NCBI GenBank assembly: GCA_000934665.2
Contig: JYFJ02003594.1
Coordinates: 1 to 39,734, forward strand
DNA length: 39,734 bases
Direction: 5' to 3'
DNA from: Catajapyx aquilonaris
Lineage: Eukaryota
The position numbers and the translations under genes are program-made. The stretch's first letter is position 1; every line of letters starts with the position of its first letter. The notes under the pieces are model-generated. The model saw nothing but the letters and a program-made list of their open reading frames with translations. It was not told where the DNA came from and did not search any database. Shown one piece after another: positions 33,681 to 39,734 of the stretch.

Positions 33681-36051
33681 GTAAGGAAATGAAAAGTTTT
33701 TTTTTCTTACCCTTTTCTCCTCATCATACCATACCGTATATGTACTTGGGACATTCACTATACTTTTAGAGATGAAAATGACTGTAATCGGCAAAGAGGT
33801 GGTTAGAACATCTCCAAAAAATGGAAATCGAGGTATTTGTGTGGGTGCAACTTAGGAGTAAATGGGCACGTCAACAAGGCGCAGTTTTCGGCCTCAAAAC
33901 CTCTTGTTTACGAAGGAACACGAAGTGATGGAGATGTTTGTTGAAACTGGAATGGACGATTACGATTTCGATGGAGGCCTTTCCGGTTCTTTGGCTTCGT
34001 CGAGCGCCAATAGTGTGGAGAGAAGCCGAAAGAATGAAAAAAAAATACATCTGGGGAGTAGATAGATGGATTTAGACTTTAGCTGCACAAAAAAAGAGAA
34101 ACTGCTCTCATCCTTACTTTAGATGCATTCGAATCCAATAGAGCGCAGTTTATCGATACCGGTACCAGACAGTGCTTACTTTTTTTCTGCAAAATGTCAA
34201 CTGACAGGTATACAATGTATATATGCCTAATCATATCTGACTTTGTATAGGAAGGCCTGTACGCTTTGTCGAAATTTTTTGGAACACTCGCATCCTGGAG
34301 TTACACAACCGGCAGCACTCTAGCAAGGTGAATTGTACCAGGATACAATTTTTATGGACATATCTCCTCTTTAGCTGACATACGATGACGCGTAACATCA
34401 AGGCGTAGTTTTAAATTTTAAGTAGGCCTACTTCACAAATGGTTTTCATAATAATTATCCCTATCCCCTCCTTCCCAACCAATTGATGTTTATCTACTGT
34501 TTGAATGTCCAGCCATATGCGGTAATGTACTCGCATTGCAAGTTAGGGCCAACTGTCAGTCATGAATAAACTGAAATTTTACGAATGATAATGGCCATAA
34601 TTTTGTCATAGTGTCATGCATAATATGATCAGCTTGAATACTAATACGGCTTATCAGCTATCTTGGCCTGAGGCCTCCAGCTGTGCCCATACAATTTACC
34701 CTGACCAATCCTAACCAGGCACAATCGGTTTCCCGTCTAATATCGTGAAATCAGATGACAGATGCAGTGCAGCATCCGTCATAGTTAAACTAGTTTTCAG
34801 ATACTATACACTCATCTGTATATACTCTGATTTTTGTACATTTCAAATGAGCAAACTGTTACAATAACATTAGTGACAATTTAATGAAAGTTAATTCGAA
34901 GTATACACCTTAGCAGTAGTTCATTACACCTTGGTTCCAACCAGCCTACCAAAGGTTTAAAAATTGACTCCTGTAATTTAATCTGTCGATATTGAGAAAT
35001 GGCCGGATTGCCGGGGGTCGGCTAGCATGCCTTTGTACACGCTAATTTAGGCCGTGTTTAATGTAAGAGGTAAGTCGGAGCTAACTGAAATATTCACGAG
35101 CAATGATGTAGTATTCGGTAAAGTACCAGCACTCTTGTTTCGAGCTGCAAGCTCTTTGAGCAAAGTTAAGGGACTTGCACGCGAATTCATTTTGACAACC
35201 CCCCCAAACTATACAGCAGAATGCCAACTTCTTACGCTGAAAAGTACAAGAGAGTCCTAGGGGCCTGTGATGCAAGTTGTACGCAACGTAAGGGGGATTT
35301 ACAGTGTAAGTGTATCGCGTAGTTATGCCGCACAGTCATGAAAGTTCTGTCCTAAGTGTTTTAGCGCCGAGTATGGCGCCTGTAATATCCATGAGTCTAT
35401 TCAGCAATATGCTAGGGAGTTATAGGTCTTATATAAAGTGCGTATCATACAGATAACTAACAGTATTTTGCTTTGGTTGGCTTTTTGTACCATATTCTAA
35501 TTGAACATGTTGGATTTGGTCTGCAGCATCGTAAATCAAATATGTCCCCAAGCTGACCGCTATTTGGACGCTGTAATAGTTAAATACCTGTGAGGTTCGA
35601 AGCAAAATGCACATAGTAGACCAATGCATAGGTTTATTTTTAATCCGAAGATTGCGCTATCAGAATCTCGCAAACCTTCGATGCATCACTTCACTGCAGA
35701 ACTTTAAGCAGAAATTGATGAAGAAATCGTGACCACTATTAGGCATGTTATCGGACCGAATTTCTTGTTTCACAACTCTGCCAACGAGACCTTCAAACAA
35801 AGTACACGTATATATAATTATGGAGATCACCTTATGGCATGACCTTCTAGAATCCCTGCAAGGACAGGTTCATTTGGCAAAAAAAAACAAAATTTGCATT
35901 CGGAAATGTATAGGCAGACTTTATCGGAAACTCAAAGATTTCCCACTCGAATACCTGTCGCCGGTTGCCAGCCACGAAACTTTTTCTCTTAAAAAAAGAG
36001 ACCGAAAAGTGTCAAGCTTCCGGAGTACTCCTTTAGTTTCCTAGGGACTGA

Positions 36052-37305
36052 TAGAACGTGGGGCAAAAGTTACTCCATATATACAGGGTTTCAACAAGGG
36101 ACATCCAAAAAAAAAAAACTTTTCTGAATATGTTCCCACAAATATGTTCGGTCGTTATTCTCAGCGTCAAATGTTGCTTTATAATGTTGCCGAGTTATTA
36201 ATCTGCAGATTCGAATGCGTAGGAGTTAGATAAGCATATAGAGCACGCGATTTGTTGAAGGCCAAATTGCCTGGTTAGATGAAATTTTGCCCATTCAACT
36301 GTCATTTGGATCCAATCCCTCTGCAGACCGGATGTGTCACCATGTTCTTCGGTAAGTTTTTAACTTTATTAAAAAAAAATCCATAACAAGAGTGATACGA
36401 GGTCCAGACATGAAGCGCATGAAGCTGGCGCCCAATTTGAGAGTGCTGGTGGCGCACGTTCGCATGTCTATCAGAACTGCTACTTTTCCAGACACCACAT
36501 GGCCTGAGTTGCATAGTTTTTGGCAGTCCCCGCTGCAAAGCTGCTGCAATAATTTAGGCTTTGCCGCGCACCAGAACTTCATTCTTTTTTTAGTGGGGAA
36601 CGAGGGCACAGCCTGTTGTGATTTTCTCGTTTTATTTTACCACCGTCTCTGTAATTATACCTGAAATATTGTGAATGGATATAACCTATAGGGGTTTTCC
36701 CCCCTCCAGCAGTGTGCCTTTTCAGGAGGGATATAAAATGGGCAGAAAAATTAGGCCTCCGTGTTTATACTGTTGTGGGAAGTGGTCAGTGCGGGCGGAA
36801 GACAACATGGCATGTAAAGGACAAAGGGGTTTATTAAAATGAGGGAGCATGCACACTTTATTTGCTGAAGTTTCCTGCGGACTGGGCCACATCAAAAATG
36901 AGGTTTCAGAGAAAAAAAAATTGCAACAAAATGAAGTCATATTGTTGTACTAGCAACCGTGCAACCTTTGCCAGGCTTTATGTAGAGCTATATTTTCGGT
37001 CCAAACAGGGCTAACTCTAGGTCTAATATGTACTGCATAATGTAAACACTGGGTGGAAAAAGAACTTTGACATTCAAATGTCCTGTATGACTTTTTGGGT
37101 GAAGGTTAAGATAGCCAGAATATAGCGCAGTGTTTTCGTTAAACTCTGAGCATACCTCGACAAAATAGCTAATATTGTTAGATAACATCAGGTATTTTAT
37201 AGCATATTAGAATTATCTATAACTCGGACATCCCTATGTTGAAGAAAGTTATGTCATTGGTTGGCCACTATGTAAATAGGAATGCAACTTTCCCATGTCT
37301 CTCTA
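36052..37305 (-). mobile_element. Decayed pogo-like DNA transposon with a transposase remnant
   Basis: Degenerate TIR ACGTGGGGCAAAAGTTACTCCATATATACA versus right-end reverse complement ACATGGGAAAGTTGCATTCCTATTTACA. Subterminal inverted repeat TTCAACA-AGGGACATCC / TTCAACATAGGGATGTCC. Minus-strand fragments KNEVLV...IIAAALQRGLPKT and RH/PALSNWAPAS...FFNKVKNL resemble the CENP-B-type HTH region of pogo transposases. Confidence 0.5.
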
Positions 37306-39289
37306 TATCTCGGATTTCTCCATACCCCGAACTGTTGGCAATGATTTACTGTGGGTTTTATGCATTTTAAGCCCTGCCACAAGTCGAAGTTTGTGCCAGA
37401 TTATGGTAGGTTTTCCTACCGCACTTTGTAAGGATTAAAGGTAGACCAAAACATGTGAACTGATTTGCGACTGGAAGAGCCAATGACATATTTGCAACCT
37501 AGTCGATCATAAAATCTTTCATTCATGCCGAAAATTGTATGTCGTCAGAATTTTATCACACAATTCATTTACTAAAAAAGAGCTGGCTTTCGCAATAGTT
37601 AATCATTGAAAATCACACAAGTCATTGCTCACCTGCCTTCGGACAGAAGGAATGAAATATGACCGAATGGATTGCAAAATACGGTAATAACGCAACCAAA
37701 TCCACGCAAGTGTAAAATGAGTGCACCTGGTGTGCAGGCAGCGTATCGATTGTAACTAGATATAACCGGCGTAATTCACCTATTTCAACAAATTGATACC
37801 GGATTAGTTGCTACCCGCCAATGATGCTCCACATCGCATTTCGTTCAATTCCTGAAGCCGAATTTGCAGGGGGGGGGGGGGGGAAAANGGGGGACAAACC
37901 ATCCAAATAGGACAAGGCCATATCCGGATGATTGAATTTTAGGAAGTGTTTTTTAAGATGGATATTTTACTCTCCCACTTCCCGAATTTGAGGAGAGAAT
38001 GAAGATTTAAGAACCTACTAACCTGGCAAAAATGAATAAAGGATGGTGAAAGGTCAGAAGGTCATATCCTGAAATTAACTGCGATAATATGCAGTTGCGT
38101 AATGCTCTGGGGATAAGGCCTTGATGGAATACCAATGTCACCATTTGCGTCGACGTCACAAGTCGAATGAAATGGTTGGCTTCATTTCAAGGGAGAGTTC
38201 CTCAGGCTGACACTCATTGAATGGGTGGCACATTAGTTCCGGAGAGAACATACAAACCCAATTCTTTTTCCCAGCCTTTTCCAGTTCCTAATGCACGACG
38301 ACGATAAACGAAGTTGAAACGCCTGACCCCGAAGAGCATAACGTTATCCATCCGGGAGAAAGGCGGAATAATGGCGCCAAAGTGGCAAATTGGATTTCCA
38401 ATTAACACCCTATCCCCCCCCCCCCACCACTNACTATAGGTGTGCAATAGGTGCGAAAATATCATGCTGCGCACCTGATGACAAGAGATGTGTTCGATCA
38501 AGGCCAGTCCCTGATCAGAGTGGATTATAGAGATTGGGGACACGTGTACTGTCCCCATAGCAGCAGGACAGGTGAAGGACTAATGTGGGCAGACAGGTTA
38601 CGCACGTGACAAAGCAGACCCTGAAGAACAAAGCAATTTGGACTGTTGGTGCAGTACTCTACTTTTATGGTTTTTAAGGCAATTTTTTTTTCCAGACCTT
38701 CTTTTGGCAGCAGTTTACACTGCTTTCTGTGCCCGAGTAGGTTTTGAATTGGAAACTAGACGGGAATGGAAGCTTCTCTCCATCACATGCAGCTGTTTCC
38801 ACCCCTGGCCCAGTAGGCCCATCTAGACATTCTGTCCACACACTCTTTTGTTTCTTGCTAGCGTGTGCTCGAGCCAGGAAGACTTGGGCCTGGTCGTGCA
38901 AGAGAATGAATAATTAATTTTGTTAAATGGTTCGGAGTAGGACGGCGCTAATCCTCTTGGTGCTTCGGGAAATAGGCAAGGACAGATAGAGGTTGCGACC
39001 TTTGACAACTCGGCGCATCTCGTTCACGTTTAAATGCATGGGCGGACCGAACCTAGTTATACTTGCACTACCCTGCAACTCAAAGAGTGTGTGACAGCTG
39101 GGGAAAGAGATGGCACTCAGGTCGGACTGATCCTATATACGTAGGGTGTAAATGTTCGAGCAATAATTATTGACAGATATTGCTTCAAAAGATAGTCACA
39201 TTCGTAAGTCTAAGAAGAAATAATACAAATTTTAGTATTTGAGGAGCTTTTGATCTGATGAAAAACAAAGATGGCTGTTGGAGCTCGTA

Positions 39290-39451
39290 CAGTGCTGGCC
39301 ATATATCGAGGCAACCGCCAGCGACATTTTTCCGAAGCGGCAGAAGAAGGAATCGAAGATAAGCATGCTACAAGCCGGGCGAGCAAGATTCCTTCTTCTG
39401 CCGCTTCGAAAAAATGTCGCTGGCCGTTGCCTCAATATATGGCCAGCACTG
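39290..39451. mobile_element. Tc1-type foldback MITE, 162 bp
   Basis: 65-bp arms (39290-39354 / 39387-39451) start CAGTGCTGGCCA, the Tc1 TIR start. TA on the left, TTA on the right. Confidence 0.88.
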
Positions 39452-39581
39452 TTACTACACTGGGAATCAGGTCCGGTTGATTGAATGCAAATTCTCTGTC
39501 ACATCTTGCAATAAGAGGTTAGTTAATTATCTCTCCCATACTCCATTTTTCGCTTATTTACTCGTATAGGAGAGTAACAGC

Positions 39582-39734
39582 CAGTGGCGGATTTCCCATT
39601 AGGCACAATAGGCACTGGCCTAGGGGCGGCCGCCCTGTAGGGGCGGCCGCGAGTTGCAATAAATTATATTTCTCAAATACAATAATAAGAAATGATGGCG
39701 AGATCACAAAGAAAAGCAAATTGTTGACAGCTTG
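39582..39734 (+). mobile_element. Left end of a probable hAT element (continues beyond the window)
   Basis: CAGTGGCGGATTT terminus followed by repeated AGGCAC and TAGGGGCGGCCGC subterminal motifs. The other end is not visible. Confidence 0.55.

Overview
Eukaryotic (invertebrate-animal-like, roughly 40% GC) intronic or intergenic DNA with no intact, recognisable protein-coding gene and no prokaryotic features. Almost all ORFs in the six-frame track are spurious. The window is a dense collection of non-autonomous transposons from several superfamilies, each identifiable from terminal inverted repeats (TIRs) and target-site duplications (TSDs). These include a Kolobok-type TTAA MITE, Tc1/mariner- and pogo-type TA MITEs, hAT and PIF/Harbinger MITEs, and two tRNA-derived SINEs. 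There is also a 2.7-kb P-element derivative that carries a THAP9/P-transposase C-terminal remnant and three nested MITEs. A triple nest places a deleted irritans-type mariner inside a SINE inside a foldback MITE. A decayed pogo-like element and an unclassified element with terminal hairpins and internal repeat arrays (22365-22922) complete the set. TE-free stretches contain homeodomain/TCF motif clusters and a few candidate small exons, including a possible signal-peptide first exon at 9102-9214. This suggests the window lies in or beside a large developmental gene, but that is inference. I see no convincing evidence of a wholly new biological system; the hairpin-ended element and the P-element derivative are the best leads.
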